A stretch of 64,000 bases of DNA from Gammaproteobacteria bacterium (GCA_027077805.1 JALWTS010000039.1:21877-85876), one strand, 5' to 3'; positions 1 to 12,511 are shown, numbered from the stretch's first letter. Notes: generated from the sequence alone by a model not told the origin. Program-made: numbers and translations.

Positions 1-404
1 GGGTAAACTTTTTTGTTCAATCACCAAAGAATGATAACGAGTTGCCTGTAACGGTTGGGCTAAATTGGCAAATATGCCTTGTTGTCGGTGATAAATCCAT
101 GAGGTTTTACCGTGCATAATTTGCTTGGCATGAATAATGTTACCCCCAAAGGCTTGAGCAATACTTTGATGCCCTAAACACACCCCTAAAATAGGCACGA
201 CCCCTGCAAATTGGCGAATCACTGCCATAGAAACCCCTGCTTCATTAGGTGTACAAGGGCCTGGGGAAATCACAATCCGTTCAGGGGCGAATGCTTTAAT
301 TTGTTCAAGGCTAATTTGATCATTACGATAGACTTGCACATCCGCCCCCAGCTCTGCGAAATATTGCACTAAGTTGTAAGTAAATGAATCATAATTATCA
401 ATCA
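1..404 (-). CDS. trpG: anthranilate synthase component II / glutamine amidotransferase (TrpG/PabA-like), N-terminal part; gene runs off the window
   Basis: Reverse-complement from the ATG at 404 reads [21 protein letters not shown]..., the class-I GATase N-terminus. It sits immediately downstream of trpE (stop at 405-407). Confidence 0.75.
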
Positions 405-1889
405 TTAACAACATTGATCTAACCCCGCTGTTGCCATTGCTACTGCTCGAAAAATAGCCCGACCTTTGTTTAAGGTTTCCTGCCATTCTTTTTCAGGCAC
501 AGAATCAGCCACAATACCGGCTCCCGCTTGAATATATAAGGTTTGTTTATGAATGACAGCCGTGCGAATGGCAATGGCCGTATCCATATTACCTGACCAT
601 GATAAATACCCTACAGCTCCAGAATAAATTCCTCGTTTGACAGGTTCTAATTCCGCAATAATTTCCATTGCCCGAATTTTAGGCGCACCACTGACTGTCC
701 CCGCAGGAAACGTTGCTTGTAAAGCATCTAAAACCGATAAATCCAAATTTAATTGTCCTTCAACATTAGAGACAATATGCATAACATGAGAATAACGCTC
801 AATCACCATTCTATCCGTTAATTTGACACTCCCTATTTTCGCCACTCGCCCAACATCATTACGACCCAAATCAATTAACATTAAATGCTCGGCTAATTCT
901 TTGGGATCGGCTAATAACTCTTGTTCTAAGGCTTTATCTTGCGTAGGGTCATTGCCTCTTGGTCTTGTTCCTGCAATGGGTCTGACGGTAACTTTATTAT
1001 TTTCTACTCGGGTTAAAATTTCAGGCGAAGAACCCACAATATGATAATCGCCTAAATCTAAATAATACATATAAGGTGAAGGATTCATACTACGCAAGGC
1101 TCGATATAAATCCAAAGCAGGGGCGTCATAGGGAATAGACAAGCGTTGTGATAACACCACCTGCATGACATCCCCTTCCACAATATAATCTTTGATTTTA
1201 TTGACGGCTACTTCAAAATCCGCTTGTTTAAAGCCTGACACAAAATCCGCTTCAGTCACCACTTGATTAGTATTCAAATGTTTCGGTTCGGCAACGGTTT
1301 GTCTTAACTGGGTAATTAATTGATCCAAACGCTGTTGGGAATATTGATAAGCATTTTCACGACTAGGATCAACGCCAACAATAAAATAAAGCCGTTTGGC
1401 TAAATTATCAAATACCAATAACTCATCCGATACCATTAATAAAATATCAGGTGCTTGTAAAGGATCAGGCAAGGCTTGGTTGGCAAGTTTGGGTTCAATA
1501 TATTGTATGCTATCATAGCCAAAGTAACCGACTAAGCCCCCATAAAATCTTGGCAAGTCTGCTAATTCAGGAATTTTATAACGTTGCAAATACTGTTCTA
1601 ACCATGCAAATGGATCTGCTGAAACAGCGGTTTCAATGACTTGTTGCTGTTCTTCAATAGTAATTGTTTGTCCTGAAATTTTAATCACGCTTTGACAAGG
1701 CAAGCCAATAATGGAATAACGCCCCCAATTGTCCCCTCCTTCCACTGATTCTAATAAATAAGAATAGGCTTGGTTGGCAAGTTTATAATAAGCACTTAAT
1801 GGCGTATCTAAATCGGCAAGAATTTCTCGCATGACGGGAATCCTAGTATAGCCTTGTTCTGCCAGTGCCAAAAATTGTTGTTCGTCCAT
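405..1889 (-). CDS. trpE: anthranilate synthase component I
   Basis: Full-length match to TrpE motifs ([58 protein letters not shown]). The true start is probably the internal Met of [14 protein letters not shown], at 1889, rather than the ORF start at 1928. Confidence 0.9.
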   Translation of the reverse strand: MDEQQFLALAEQGYTRIPVMREILADLDTPLSAYYKLANQAYSYLLESVEGGDNWGRYSIIGLPCQSVIKISGQTITIEEQQQVIETAVSADPFAWLEQYLQRYKIPELADLPRFYGGLVGYFGYDSIQYIEPKLANQALPDPLQAPDILLMVSDELLVFDNLAKRLYFIVGVDPSRENAYQYSQQRLDQLITQLRQTVAEPKHLNTNQVVTEADFVSGFKQADFEVAVNKIKDYIVEGDVMQVVLSQRLSIPYDAPALDLYRALRSMNPSPYMYYLDLGDYHIVGSSPEILTRVENNKVTVRPIAGTRPRGNDPTQDKALEQELLADPKELAEHLMLIDLGRNDVGRVAKIGSVKLTDRMVIERYSHVMHIVSNVEGQLNLDLSVLDALQATFPAGTVSGAPKIRAMEIIAELEPVKRGIYSGAVGYLSWSGNMDTAIAIRTAVIHKQTLYIQAGAGIVADSVPEKEWQETLNKGRAIFRAVAMATAGLDQCC

Positions 1890-1924
1890 TATTTGGGTAC
1901 CTTTTCTACTCATCCAAACTAAAA

Positions 1925-2572
1925 TCATAAAATCTGTGGCAGTTCTGCCATAGAATCAATGACTTTATCAGGATTCGCTAAGCGAATATCTTCACCATGA
2001 TTATAACCATCACTCATACAAATAATCTGAAATCCTGCCGCTCTTGCTGCTTTGACATCACTGATCGAATCTCCAATCATTAGGGATTGATTGGGGGATA
2101 AATTAAAAAACCGACAAGCATGTAACAAAGGTTCAGGATCAGGTTTATTACGAGCAACGGTATCCCCTGCAATCACAATGGAAAAATAAGATTTTATCTG
2201 TAATTTTTCCAATAATGGCAAGGTAAACCGTTCTACTTTATTGGTAACACAACCTAAAGCATAGCCTTGTTGTTGTAAATAGTCTAATCCTTGCAACACG
2301 CCTGAATATAATTGACTACGCTCACAGACATTGTTTTGATATTGTTCTAAAAAATACGGATAGGCTTTGGCAAATAAAGCATCCTCAGGTTCGCCATATA
2401 ATTGCCCGACTAAGGCACGCCTAACTAAACGCTCCACCCCATTGCCTACCCATTGTCTGACCGCATCTTCGCCCCAAACGGGTTTTTCCAAATACAACAT
2501 CATTTGATCCACACAATACGCCAAATCAGGGACACTATCCACTAATGTCCCATCGACATCAATCAATACCAT
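1925..2572 (-). CDS. gph: phosphoglycolate phosphatase (HAD superfamily)
   Basis: HAD motif [13 protein letters not shown], motif [14 protein letters not shown]. Start placed at Met of MVLIDVDG (2572); the ORF-track N-terminal extension overlaps rpe and is unlikely to be real. The rpe-gph-trpE order resembles Pseudomonas. Confidence 0.75.
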   Translation of the reverse strand: MVLIDVDGTLVDSVPDLAYCVDQMMLYLEKPVWGEDAVRQWVGNGVERLVRRALVGQLYGEPEDALFAKAYPYFLEQYQNNVCERSQLYSGVLQGLDYLQQQGYALGCVTNKVERFTLPLLEKLQIKSYFSIVIAGDTVARNKPDPEPLLHACRFFNLSPNQSLMIGDSISDVKAARAAGFQIICMSDGYNHGEDIRLANPDKVIDSMAELPQIL

Positions 2573-2588
2573 TTGGGGCTTACTTATC

Positions 2589-3260
2589 TTATCCAACGCT
2601 TGATAACTCCTTACGCATTTCATCAATGGTTGCTTTGTAATCATCGGTATTAAAAATAGCCGATCCTGCCACAAATGTGTCCGCCCCTGCTTCGGCAATT
2701 TCGCGAATATTGTTGATTTTAACGCCACCATCAATTTCTAAACGAATATCTAAACCGCTATCATCGATCATTTTTCTCGCTTGTCGTAATTTATTTAAAG
2801 TACCTGGAATAAAACTTTGTCCACCAAAACCCGGATTCACAGACATTAACAATATCATATCTACTTTATCCATGATATGTTCTAAATAATTTAAAGGTGT
2901 TGCAGGGTTAAAGACTAATCCAGATTTACAACCTTCATTGCGTACTAATTGTAAACTCCTATCAATATGCTCTGATGCTTCAGGATGAAAAGTAATATAA
3001 CTTGCCCCTGCTTTCGCAAAATCAGGAATAATTCTATCCACAGGTTTTACCATTAAATGCACATCAATCGGTGCGGTGACGCCGTGTTTACGCAAAGCTT
3101 CACAAACCAATGGACCAATGGTTAAATTAGGGACATAGTGATTGTCCATGACATCAAAATGCACAATATCCGCGCCTGCGGCTAATACATTTGCGACTTC
3201 TTCACCTAATTTAGCAAAATTAGCAGATAAAATTGAAGGGGCAATGCGATAGTCAGTCAT
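2589..3260 (-). CDS. rpe: ribulose-phosphate 3-epimerase
   Basis: [22 protein letters not shown]...[16 protein letters not shown]...[13 protein letters not shown], the canonical Rpe signature. Confidence 0.9.
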   Translation of the reverse strand: MTDYRIAPSILSANFAKLGEEVANVLAAGADIVHFDVMDNHYVPNLTIGPLVCEALRKHGVTAPIDVHLMVKPVDRIIPDFAKAGASYITFHPEASEHIDRSLQLVRNEGCKSGLVFNPATPLNYLEHIMDKVDMILLMSVNPGFGGQSFIPGTLNKLRQARKMIDDSGLDIRLEIDGGVKINNIREIAEAGADTFVAGSAIFNTDDYKATIDEMRKELSSVG

Positions 3261-3380
3261 AGTATTTCCTTAGTTGTAAAAACGATTATTGTACTGATTA
3301 TCACAAGATTGTCTATTTCTGGCGAAACTATTACGTCAATACACAGTAGTATTCATTTGTATTTCCTGCTCTAAAAAAAT

Positions 3381-4979
3381 CTAGTCTAAGTTGGTCTTTA
3401 ATAAAATGGCAACTAATACCGTTTTTCCTGCATTTTGATAGACTTGTTGAAAAACGGGTATCATATCTGTTGCATTTAAACGAGCAGCAGGATAAAAACT
3501 TTCAACCGCAGGATGTTTAATATTTAATAATAATAAATAATCACATTGACTTAATTCTGATTTAAATTGTTTTTCGCTGGTATCAATATTAGGCACATAA
3601 ATACTGGATCGTTGTGCAAAAAATATGATCAATTCTGGCATGACGGATGATACACACTGATCAGTTCTTACTATTGTGGGTATTTTCTTTATTGCCACGA
3701 TAATTTCATGTAGTAATCCTAATTCTTTTATGCCTTGATTGCGATTATCAGCATATAGCCAGTTTGGATTATGGTGAAGATATTGTATATTTGAGGGCAA
3801 AGGATAGAAATATTGTTTGCCAATTGAAATAAGCGCAGGCATGATTGTAATTAATATCACTAACAAAAAAATCATTTCCACTTTAATAAATTTACTATAA
3901 AGTTTTGCTTTATCAAGTGAGTAAATAATAATATTTAACGCATAAAACATCAAAATCGGAAATAATATGTGAATAAAGCGAGTATTCTGATCGGGAAAAT
4001 TCCAAACAAAAATAATGGCGAAATAAATCAAAACATATACGGCATCGTAAGTGATATTAAGTAAGCGTTGCAACCAACCCAAAATAGCTAAAATACCTGA
4101 TAAGCCACCAATCACTAAGATTAAAGGTGATAATTGTGAATCAAAATTTAATAACCATGCAAGACCAAAAGTTTTACTTTGTAATAATAATAACTCCCAA
4201 AACATTGCTAACACATCACCTTGCATTATCTCAATAAAATGATGATAGTTTTCCAATAAATCACTACCATAATTTCCGCTGTAATATGTAATATCCATCA
4301 CCAAACTATAAATTTTCCATAGTAACAATGGCAATAATGCCAGTGATATAACTCGAATCTTATAGGGTCGCCGATGATAGATTAAATAAACCAATAATGC
4401 TAGAATTAAACTAATGCCAACGGTTCGGGATATAATTGCTAATCCACAACTTAAGCCTGCGAAATACAGCCATTTTGAATTTTGCCTAGACTTTTCTATG
4501 GCATAAAAACATACAAACACCCAAAGCAAATATAGATATTCACTCCAAATTTCCTGAACAAATAATAACGTTCTAGGTAATAATAAAAATAATACCCCTA
4601 ATCCCCAAGCAAACTGGATTTCAAAATTTAATTGGCGTAACCATTGAATAAAAAACCAAACGGCAAGTAATAAAAAGCTAGTTGAAATAAAATAAGAGAT
4701 AGCAATATTTTGACTCCCCCCTCCCAATAATCCTAATAATAGTGGATACAAAGGTGGAAATGAACGGGAACGAATCGCATAGTCAGTAATATTACTCGCA
4801 ATATCAGAATAAGGTGAAAAATAATCCGCTTGTAAGAGATAAATAAAACCATCTGAAATAAAACTTGGCATATCATGCCAAGTGTAAAAATAATAACTTA
4901 GTCCTAGTAATATCCAACAAGCGATAACAATTTTTTGTAGTAAAGTTGTCGTAGGCGTAGAATGATATTGAGTAAGCAT
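3381..4979 (-). CDS. polytopic membrane protein, putative GT-C-fold glycosyltransferase (ArnT/PMT/GT39-like)
   Basis: 532 aa with more than 10 predicted TM helices and a C-terminal soluble domain. The call rests on hydrophobic segment layout only; no catalytic motif was verified. Confidence 0.4.
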   Translation of the reverse strand: MLTQYHSTPTTTLLQKIVIACWILLGLSYYFYTWHDMPSFISDGFIYLLQADYFSPYSDIASNITDYAIRSRSFPPLYPLLLGLLGGGSQNIAISYFISTSFLLLAVWFFIQWLRQLNFEIQFAWGLGVLFLLLPRTLLFVQEIWSEYLYLLWVFVCFYAIEKSRQNSKWLYFAGLSCGLAIISRTVGISLILALLVYLIYHRRPYKIRVISLALLPLLLWKIYSLVMDITYYSGNYGSDLLENYHHFIEIMQGDVLAMFWELLLLQSKTFGLAWLLNFDSQLSPLILVIGGLSGILAILGWLQRLLNITYDAVYVLIYFAIIFVWNFPDQNTRFIHILFPILMFYALNIIIYSLDKAKLYSKFIKVEMIFLLVILITIMPALISIGKQYFYPLPSNIQYLHHNPNWLYADNRNQGIKELGLLHEIIVAIKKIPTIVRTDQCVSSVMPELIIFFAQRSSIYVPNIDTSEKQFKSELSQCDYLLLLNIKHPAVESFYPAARLNATDMIPVFQQVYQNAGKTVLVAILLKTNLD

Positions 4980-5012
4980 TATTTTAGATTCTTTTAATTT
5001 CAGTTGTTTTAA

Positions 5013-6338
5013 TTAAGCATTACCCGCAATCGTCATTTGTGCTAACCATAAGGAACCCGTACGAATATTTCGTTGTAAATCAACATCATTACCTACTGCT
5101 AATAGGTGTTGATACATAGTTTTTAAATTGCCTGCAATGGTAATTTCTTCGACAGGATATTGGATTTCACCATGTTCTACCCAAAAACCTGCGACTCCTC
5201 TGGAATAATCGCCAGTTACTAAATTAACCCCTTGTCCCATTAATTCGGTTACTAATAAACCTGTATCCATTTGCTTTAATAACTGTGCTAAATCTTTATC
5301 ACCTGTCTCAATAATCATATTATAGGTACCACCTGCATTGCCTGTGGTTGTCATATTAAGCTTTCTTGCCGCATAACTGTCCAAAATATAAGTTTTTAAA
5401 CAACCTTGTTTAATTAAATCATAAGATTGTGTAAGCACACCTTCATCATCAAATGGGGCACTCGCAATCGCTGATTTTAAATGAGGTTGTTGTGAAATAT
5501 GTATAAATTCTGGAAAAATTTGTTGCTCTAAGGCATCAACTAAAAATGAAGACTGTCGATAAATAGCAGAACCATGACAAGCAGCCATCAAATGACCTAA
5601 TAAACTCGGTGCAACTTCCGCCGCAAAAATAACACTTGCTTTACGAGTTGACAATGGTTGACTGCCTAATCTTGCTAAGGTTTTTTGAGCGGCAATTTGT
5701 CCAATTTCCGTTACTGATTGCAATAAAGCTGCATCTCTAGCACTGCTATACCAACCATCTCGTTGCATGCCTTGTTCCTCTTCCGCAATCATCGTACACC
5801 CTAGACTATGACGAGTGCTAGGATAACTACCAATAAAACCATGGGTATTACCATAAACTCGTAATCCTTGATGCGTGCTTAATTGTGCTCCTTCAGAATT
5901 ACTAATTTTAGCATCAAATTCTAAGGCTTGAGTTTCACATTCAGTCGTAATGTCAATGGCTTGTTCCACTGACAAATCCCAAGGATGATATAAATCTAAA
6001 TCCAATATTTGGCTTGGCATTAATGCCTTGTCGGCTAAACCAGAATATTGGTCTTCATTGGTATAATGAGCGATATCACAAGCCATTTTTATAGTATTAT
6101 CAATGGCAGTATTGCTTAAATCAGCCGTGCTTGCAGACCCTTTGGATTGACCACGATACACAGTAATCGCTAAACCTTGATCATTGTGATGTTCAATAGT
6201 TTCAAGCTCTCCTAATCGAGTAGTCACTTCTAATCCTTGGCTAACACTGAGCCCAGCTTCAGCATGTGTCGCACCGTATTGTCTGGCTTTGTCTAAAACC
6301 TGTTGTAATAATTGTTCTAAAGATTGTTGCTTTTGCAT
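5013..6338 (-). CDS. pmbA: metalloprotease PmbA (TldE)
   Basis: TldD/PmbA-family C-terminus (GDYSRGVAGFWVEHGEIQYPVEEITIAGNL). Sits directly downstream of tldD. Confidence 0.8.
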   Translation of the reverse strand: MQKQQSLEQLLQQVLDKARQYGATHAEAGLSVSQGLEVTTRLGELETIEHHNDQGLAITVYRGQSKGSASTADLSNTAIDNTIKMACDIAHYTNEDQYSGLADKALMPSQILDLDLYHPWDLSVEQAIDITTECETQALEFDAKISNSEGAQLSTHQGLRVYGNTHGFIGSYPSTRHSLGCTMIAEEEQGMQRDGWYSSARDAALLQSVTEIGQIAAQKTLARLGSQPLSTRKASVIFAAEVAPSLLGHLMAACHGSAIYRQSSFLVDALEQQIFPEFIHISQQPHLKSAIASAPFDDEGVLTQSYDLIKQGCLKTYILDSYAARKLNMTTTGNAGGTYNMIIETGDKDLAQLLKQMDTGLLVTELMGQGVNLVTGDYSRGVAGFWVEHGEIQYPVEEITIAGNLKTMYQHLLAVGNDVDLQRNIRTGSLWLAQMTIAGNA

Positions 6339-6374
6339 ATTGACGCTTTCATAAAATAGAGAAAAACTTAAAGT

Positions 6375-7814
6375 CTAAGCACTCGTGCCACCAACGGTTA
6401 ATCGATCCACTTTCAAGGTTGGTTGACCGACCCCAACTGGCACACTCTGCCCTTCTTTACCGCAAACCCCAACACCCGTGTCCAACGCCAAATCATTCCC
6501 TACCATAGAAACTTTTGTTAGCACATCAGGACCATGACCAATTAAGGTGGCCCCTTTCACTGGATAAGCAATTTTACCATTCTCAATCCAATACGCTTCG
6601 CTGGCAGAAAATACAAATTTTCCAGAAGTAATATCCACTTGGCCACCTCCAAAATTTACCGCATATAAGCCTTTATCCACTGAAGCAATAATGTCATCAG
6701 GCTCAGTATCTCCAGCTAACATATAAGTATTTGTCATTCTTGGCATGGGTAAATGAGCATAAGATTCACGTCGTCCATTACCCGTAGAACGTGTGCCCAT
6801 TAATTTCGCATTGAGATTATCTTGCATATATTGCTTTAAATAACCCTTTTCAATTAATACCGTTGATTGCGTTGCTGTCCCTTCATCATCAATATTTAAT
6901 GATCCCCGCCTACCTGCTAATGTACCATCATCCACTACCGTACATAAAGGTGAAGCAACTTTTTCACCAATCCGTCCACTAAACGCAGAACAACCTTTAC
7001 GATTAAAATCGCCTTCTAAACCATGACCAATGGCCTCATGCAGTAATACCCCTGGCCAACCTGAAGCTAAAACCACTGGCATTTGTCCTGCGGGCGTTTC
7101 TTTAGCATCTAAATTCACTAAGGCTTGACGTACCGCTTCTTTGGCAAAATCAAAATGTCGATCTTGTTCAAATAGCGAGTGATAATCATAACGACCACCA
7201 CCACCAGCAAATCCTTGTTCACGCTTGCCATTATCTTCGGCAATGACTTGGATATTTAATCTGACTAAAGGTCTCACATCGGCGCTTAAACGACCATCAG
7301 AGGAGACCACTAGTATGACTTCAAACACACTATTTAAACCTACCATAACTTGTTTAACTTTACTATCTAACTGACGGGTATAACTATCGATAGCGTAAAG
7401 TAAATCAATTTTTTGTTGTGAACTTAAACGCTCAATAGGATTACTGCTTTGATATAACTGGTGTTTTGGTAGTTGACTGGCAATTTTAATTTGACCACTT
7501 TGCCCTGCTTGGCTAATAGCACGCGCTGATTGAGCCGCTTGTAATAAGGCGGGCATCACAATTTCATCGGAATAAGCAAAGCCAGTTTTTTCACCACTAA
7601 TCACTCTTAAACCAGCCCCTTGTTCGATATTATAACGACCATTTTTGATGATTCCATCTTCTAAGCTCCATGATTCATAACGGCTAGATTGTAAATAAAT
7701 ATCCGCCGCATCAATTGTTTGTCCTGATAAAGTATAAAGCAGCTTATCTAAATCTTGTTCTTGGATTTGAGCGGGTTGTAGTAGGGTTTGTTTAGCAATA
7801 TCAATACTGGACAT
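6375..7814 (-). CDS. tldD: metalloprotease TldD
   Basis: Near-collinear with E. coli TldD ([75 protein letters not shown]). Confidence 0.9.
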   Translation of the reverse strand: MSSIDIAKQTLLQPAQIQEQDLDKLLYTLSGQTIDAADIYLQSSRYESWSLEDGIIKNGRYNIEQGAGLRVISGEKTGFAYSDEIVMPALLQAAQSARAISQAGQSGQIKIASQLPKHQLYQSSNPIERLSSQQKIDLLYAIDSYTRQLDSKVKQVMVGLNSVFEVILVVSSDGRLSADVRPLVRLNIQVIAEDNGKREQGFAGGGGRYDYHSLFEQDRHFDFAKEAVRQALVNLDAKETPAGQMPVVLASGWPGVLLHEAIGHGLEGDFNRKGCSAFSGRIGEKVASPLCTVVDDGTLAGRRGSLNIDDEGTATQSTVLIEKGYLKQYMQDNLNAKLMGTRSTGNGRRESYAHLPMPRMTNTYMLAGDTEPDDIIASVDKGLYAVNFGGGQVDITSGKFVFSASEAYWIENGKIAYPVKGATLIGHGPDVLTKVSMVGNDLALDTGVGVCGKEGQSVPVGVGQPTLKVDRLTVGGTSA

Positions 7815-7832
7815 AAAATTCTACTTAATTTA

Positions 7833-8690
7833 CTATTTACAATACAGTTTACGATGTTCAATGGCAGGAAAACTACGTCGAATATTTTTAATACAATCGG
7901 GATCGACTTGGGCTACGACAAATCCTGCACCATGTTCTAAGTGAGATAACACTTGTCCCCAAGGATCAACAATCATACTATCGCCGTGAGTTTCTCTGCC
8001 GTTGATATGATAACCACCTTGTGCGGCTGCAATCACATAACACAAATTTTCAATGGCTCTGGCTCTCACCAAAATTTCCCAGTGAGATTTACCAGTAATG
8101 GCGGTAAAAGCAGAAGGAACAACTAATAAATCCATGCCTTTGTCTAGCATATAACGGAAAATTTCAGGAAAACGCAAATCATAACAAATCGCAATCCCAA
8201 CACAACCAAAAGGGGTCTTCACTAATTGCACCGTATCCCCTGCTTCAATCGTCTCTGATTCAGTATATTGTTCGTTATGTTCCACTAACTCAACGTCAAA
8301 TAGATGCATTTTGTCATAGCGAGCTTGGCACTGACCTTGATCATCATAGACTAAGCAGGCCGCTCGAATTTTTCCGGGTGCAGAGGCTTCTAAAGGAATG
8401 GTACCACCAACCAACCAAACATTATAACGATTAGCTGTAGTAGATAAAAATTCTTGCATCACCCCAAAACCTTGCTGTTCTCTTTGTTCGACTTTATCAG
8501 TTTCTGAGATTCCCATTAATGCAAAATTTTCGGGTAACACCACTAATTTTGCACCAGCATCAACGGCACCGCCAATCAAACGATCCGCTTCTAGCAAATT
8601 TGCATTGACATTAGGACCAGATGCCATTTGAATGGCCGCAACTGAAAACTTTTCTGCCATTATTTCTAAATAACCTATTTTTGTTTGCAT
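7833..8690 (-). CDS. carbon-nitrogen hydrolase family protein (nitrilase superfamily)
   Basis: Catalytic Glu/Lys/Cys context (VVLPENF; CYDLRFPE). Synteny CN hydrolase-tldD as in Pseudomonas. Confidence 0.75.
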   Translation of the reverse strand: MQTKIGYLEIMAEKFSVAAIQMASGPNVNANLLEADRLIGGAVDAGAKLVVLPENFALMGISETDKVEQREQQGFGVMQEFLSTTANRYNVWLVGGTIPLEASAPGKIRAACLVYDDQGQCQARYDKMHLFDVELVEHNEQYTESETIEAGDTVQLVKTPFGCVGIAICYDLRFPEIFRYMLDKGMDLLVVPSAFTAITGKSHWEILVRARAIENLCYVIAAAQGGYHINGRETHGDSMIVDPWGQVLSHLEHGAGFVVAQVDPDCIKNIRRSFPAIEHRKLYCK

Positions 8691-8734
8691 TCTTAAGACT
8701 TTAAGTTTAGCAAAAATCCCAAAAGATAACTACA

Positions 8735-11700
8735 TCATTCCGAATTTTCTGAATTTTCCGAATTTCCTAGATTTTTAGGCATTTTTTCTTTGAGAAATTT
8801 AGTGAATAAGGGTTGTTTTTCAATGTGAGGATTCTCCCATGAACCAGTAACACGGTAACTATATCCCGAGATTTTATCAAACTGATCGCCAAATACTTGT
8901 TGCAAAACAAATGCGGCTGCACCAACGGCAGGACCCCCTGCGACAGTTGCTGTTACAGGAACACTAGCCGTTAATTTGGGAATGACTAAAATTGTTTGAT
9001 CATAGTTTTTTTCTAACACATTAGTTTTACCCTTAATTTCAATGCTAACATTAGGACCATCTATTCTTAATGGCTGATTTTGTTTAATATAAATCAATCC
9101 CCCCTCTTCAATCAGCATAGCACCCGTAATGGTATCAAAGCTTAAACCCGCCGTAACAACATCGCTAACATCAAGTTTTAAACGTCGATTAACCAAGCTA
9201 TCTAAACTAAATAATCCTAAAGCTCGTCCTAAGCCTGGTTCAACTTTGATGAATCGTCCCTGATTAATCGTGATATTTTTAATATCCCCGGATAATTTTG
9301 CTAGATTAACGTCTATAGGTGAGCCTATCCAGTTTAAATGAAAGCTAATATCCGTTTGTTTTGCTTGGATACCACTACTAAAACCAAATCGTTCCAACAT
9401 ATTTTCTAACTTGCTAGACACTAATTTGCCTTCAAATTTGACGGTATTAGCTTGCGGTTTAATCTGCCATTGTCCATTCATTTTAATCCGATATTCTTTT
9501 GGGTTCTTCGCTAATAATCCGAGTCCAATCTTAATTTGATTGGCATCAGGTGTTAAATTTAAAGTCAATTTTCCCAATGCGAGTTGATTAAATTGAAAAT
9601 CCTCAATAGTTAATACCAATTTGGGAATATCCTCTGGATTTAAATCAATCTTATCATTACTATCGGCTAATATATTATCAGGTGATTGCCAATGCCAATG
9701 ATTAATCTTAGCCACAAGCATATTTGGCTTTACTAATCGAATAATGCCATCTAACTGTTGACTTTTAATTTGGTAATACTTACTCGCCTTATCTGCCTCT
9801 TGCTTTAGTTTTAATTCTGCTTGATCCAACAACAAACCCAAAATGTCTAATTGATCAATTTTTAAATCAACACGGTTTAATTGCACTGGATTTTTTAAAT
9901 GATTGAATGCGTGATCAGATTTAATATTAATATCTAACTTAGAAAAAAAATTTAACCAATCCGCAAGCCTCAATTTTTCTTGATGACCTACAAGATATAA
10001 ACCAGTATCTGGTAATTTAGCGAGTTGTTCGCCTAAAGCAATTTCACCTTTTAAACCAGTATTATCTCGCAATAATATGACATCTAACTGCGGATATTGA
10101 AACTTAAATTGTTGCTGTTTATTGGTAATGTCTGCTAGGAAGTGTAACGATTTGTCTTGTGCAATCGTTTTATTAAATGGCGATGGTAAATCAATCGCAA
10201 CTTTGCTTAAATTAGAATTTAGCTCAATAGCGACAGGAATGTTAGTGGGATCAGGAGTATCTAGCATTTTTATTTTCGCTTGATAATCTAGCAAACCAGA
10301 CAGGGGTTTTAACCACTGCCTAGATTGTGGATACAGTTGTTTGATAGTAGCAATCGGGATATTACCCGTTGCGACAATCAATGTTTGCTTACGACTAGTT
10401 TTAATTTTAATCGCAATCGCTTGCTCGGCAAAATAGGCTTGCAATTGATGAGCATCAATGCTTGATTCCGTAAAATTAATTTGTCCCTGAATTTTATCCA
10501 AACGGCTAGGTAACATTGGTAGTTGTAATTGATTCGTATATAGCTGAATGTTACCCTTTACCTGAGAAGGATGATGATTAAATGGCAATTTTAGTTTTAA
10601 ATCCAAATCATGTTTACCTGATGCCACAACTCCTTGCAAATATTTGCCAAAATAATGTTTTAACGGACTTTGCTTTAAAAACTCAACACTAGAACGGATA
10701 TCACCCGTAATACGGGTTTTTAGTTTCAAAGGTGATGTTGGACGTAATGAATCAATTTCAGCCAAAATATGTTTGGCAGACCCTTGTAAAATATATCCCT
10801 TTGTTGCGGTAATTTTCAAAGAATTTTGTTGAAATAAAACCTTAGCATTCAGTTGTTTTAGTTCAGGCCAGTTAGCTTGATAGTCTAATACTACATCATC
10901 AATATCAAAATCCACATAAAACACCCCGTCTGCTTGATCATAAGGAAAATCTTTAGCATATCCTAACAAACGAAACTGCCCTTGTAGCAACTTACCGCTA
11001 ACTAATGCCCGATCCAACCATTTCACTAAATTTTTGTTCATAATCCCCGTAGGCAAATATTTACCCGTATGTGCAATCACACCCTGTTTGAAATAAGTAT
11101 TAATATCTAAAAACGGTTGTGCTTGACTAAAATCTAATGCTAATTGGGTTTTCGTTTGAATATCTTGATTAGAAATCAATAGTTCGGGTGTACTTAATTG
11201 CCAACCTTTATTAACTAACTGCCATTTTACCACACCTAAAACTTTATCCAGTAATAAGGGTTGTCGGAATAATGCTGGGTAATCAAAATTTAAATGCTTA
11301 CTGTTTAAACGTATCATTCCTTGTTCGCTTGTGGCTAAAATGCTTGCATTAAGATTATTAACCCCAGGTGATTTTCCAAAACTTTGGCTACTGACTTGTT
11401 GTAAATCTGCTTTTACAAACCATTGTTGTTGCTGTTGTTCAAATTGTAGGTTTCTAATCATACCTTGTGGTTGTGCTTTCGCTAATAAATCAGCATAAGT
11501 TTTAGAGAATACTGGAAACCATGCTCGCCATTGCGAAATGTTTAATGGTGAAAAACCCGCTTTAAACTGCTGGTGATGATGAATAATAGTCGCAATATGT
11601 TGTTGATATTTGTCTTTATAAACATTGACTAACCATTGTTTTGCATTCACTTTCGTGACAAATTCCATTTTTAACGATGGCATCATTATCTCTGGATTGA

Positions 11701-12511
11701 TACTAGATTGAATTTCTGTCAAATTGACTTGCCCTTGCCAATGATTCGTTTGATTAGGATCAAACCAACCCCATAAATCCAAATCCAGTTTTGCCTTAGC
11801 AGCAAAGACATTATTTTCAACGTTAAGCATCACTTGTTGTATATTGGCATAAACTTTACCTTGCCATTGTTCGGGTTGTAATACCTCACCTTGAAACTGA
11901 CTAATTAAACTAAATTTTTCACCAATGCTAGTCGGTAACTTCGCACTTAATTGTAATTGATGTTGGTTTTCTTGATTTTTTAATACCAAGTTTAAATTAT
12001 TTAATACGAAATCCCCTAATAGAATTTGGCTATCAACTAATTGTAATTGTTTTTGAGACAACAACCATACTAGAACAACATTATCCTCAAGATTTGACAC
12101 AGAGGCTTGTTCAAAATCGATTTTTATACTCGATAAATCAATGCGTAAGCCATAAACTTGAATAAAACTCGGTAGAAAATTTTGTTTCATAAATGCAATA
12201 AAGCTTGATTGTGCCACTAATTTTTTAATTTCAAATGCAACTTTATCCATAGAATTTGGAACTAAGACTTTAATATTCTTTAAACCAAAACGTAAACCAC
12301 TGCCATATAATTCCGTATCCACAGCACCAATCACCACTCTTTGACCAATATTTTCACTTAACCATAGTTCTAACTCTGGTTTAAAATTGTTTAAATAAAA
12401 TAAACTTGAACGCAATATTGACCATAATACGGTTAAAATAATTAAACTAATGGCAGTATATAATACTAAATGACGAGATACGGTGTAACAGTGGTGTACA
12501 ACTTTCTTCAC
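8735..12511 (-). CDS. yhdP: YhdP-family (AsmA-like/TIGR02099) large envelope protein
   Basis: 1258 aa with an N-terminal TM anchor and a long beta-rich body. Conserved yhdP-tldD neighbourhood. Confidence 0.7.
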   Translation of the reverse strand: MKKVVHHCYTVSRHLVLYTAISLIILTVLWSILRSSLFYLNNFKPELELWLSENIGQRVVIGAVDTELYGSGLRFGLKNIKVLVPNSMDKVAFEIKKLVAQSSFIAFMKQNFLPSFIQVYGLRIDLSSIKIDFEQASVSNLEDNVVLVWLLSQKQLQLVDSQILLGDFVLNNLNLVLKNQENQHQLQLSAKLPTSIGEKFSLISQFQGEVLQPEQWQGKVYANIQQVMLNVENNVFAAKAKLDLDLWGWFDPNQTNHWQGQVNLTEIQSSINPEIMMPSLKMEFVTKVNAKQWLVNVYKDKYQQHIATIIHHHQQFKAGFSPLNISQWRAWFPVFSKTYADLLAKAQPQGMIRNLQFEQQQQQWFVKADLQQVSSQSFGKSPGVNNLNASILATSEQGMIRLNSKHLNFDYPALFRQPLLLDKVLGVVKWQLVNKGWQLSTPELLISNQDIQTKTQLALDFSQAQPFLDINTYFKQGVIAHTGKYLPTGIMNKNLVKWLDRALVSGKLLQGQFRLLGYAKDFPYDQADGVFYVDFDIDDVVLDYQANWPELKQLNAKVLFQQNSLKITATKGYILQGSAKHILAEIDSLRPTSPLKLKTRITGDIRSSVEFLKQSPLKHYFGKYLQGVVASGKHDLDLKLKLPFNHHPSQVKGNIQLYTNQLQLPMLPSRLDKIQGQINFTESSIDAHQLQAYFAEQAIAIKIKTSRKQTLIVATGNIPIATIKQLYPQSRQWLKPLSGLLDYQAKIKMLDTPDPTNIPVAIELNSNLSKVAIDLPSPFNKTIAQDKSLHFLADITNKQQQFKFQYPQLDVILLRDNTGLKGEIALGEQLAKLPDTGLYLVGHQEKLRLADWLNFFSKLDINIKSDHAFNHLKNPVQLNRVDLKIDQLDILGLLLDQAELKLKQEADKASKYYQIKSQQLDGIIRLVKPNMLVAKINHWHWQSPDNILADSNDKIDLNPEDIPKLVLTIEDFQFNQLALGKLTLNLTPDANQIKIGLGLLAKNPKEYRIKMNGQWQIKPQANTVKFEGKLVSSKLENMLERFGFSSGIQAKQTDISFHLNWIGSPIDVNLAKLSGDIKNITINQGRFIKVEPGLGRALGLFSLDSLVNRRLKLDVSDVVTAGLSFDTITGAMLIEEGGLIYIKQNQPLRIDGPNVSIEIKGKTNVLEKNYDQTILVIPKLTASVPVTATVAGGPAVGAAAFVLQQVFGDQFDKISGYSYRVTGSWENPHIEKQPLFTKFLKEKMPKNLGNSENSENSE

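Noticed and set aside
823-1044. Plus-strand ORFs of 60-126 aa lying inside minus-strand genes (823-1044, 1451-1639, 2677-2889, 4051-4242, 15292-15477, 16919-17260, 19919-20236, 20797-21177, 22494-22733, 23852-24103, 26987-27569, 43576-44205, 45238-45443, 53611-53799, 54759-55115, 57933-58217, 59001-59579 and others)
   Set aside because: All are antisense to, or overlap, well-supported conserved genes. They have low-complexity or codon-biased translations and no recognisable motifs, so they were treated as spurious.
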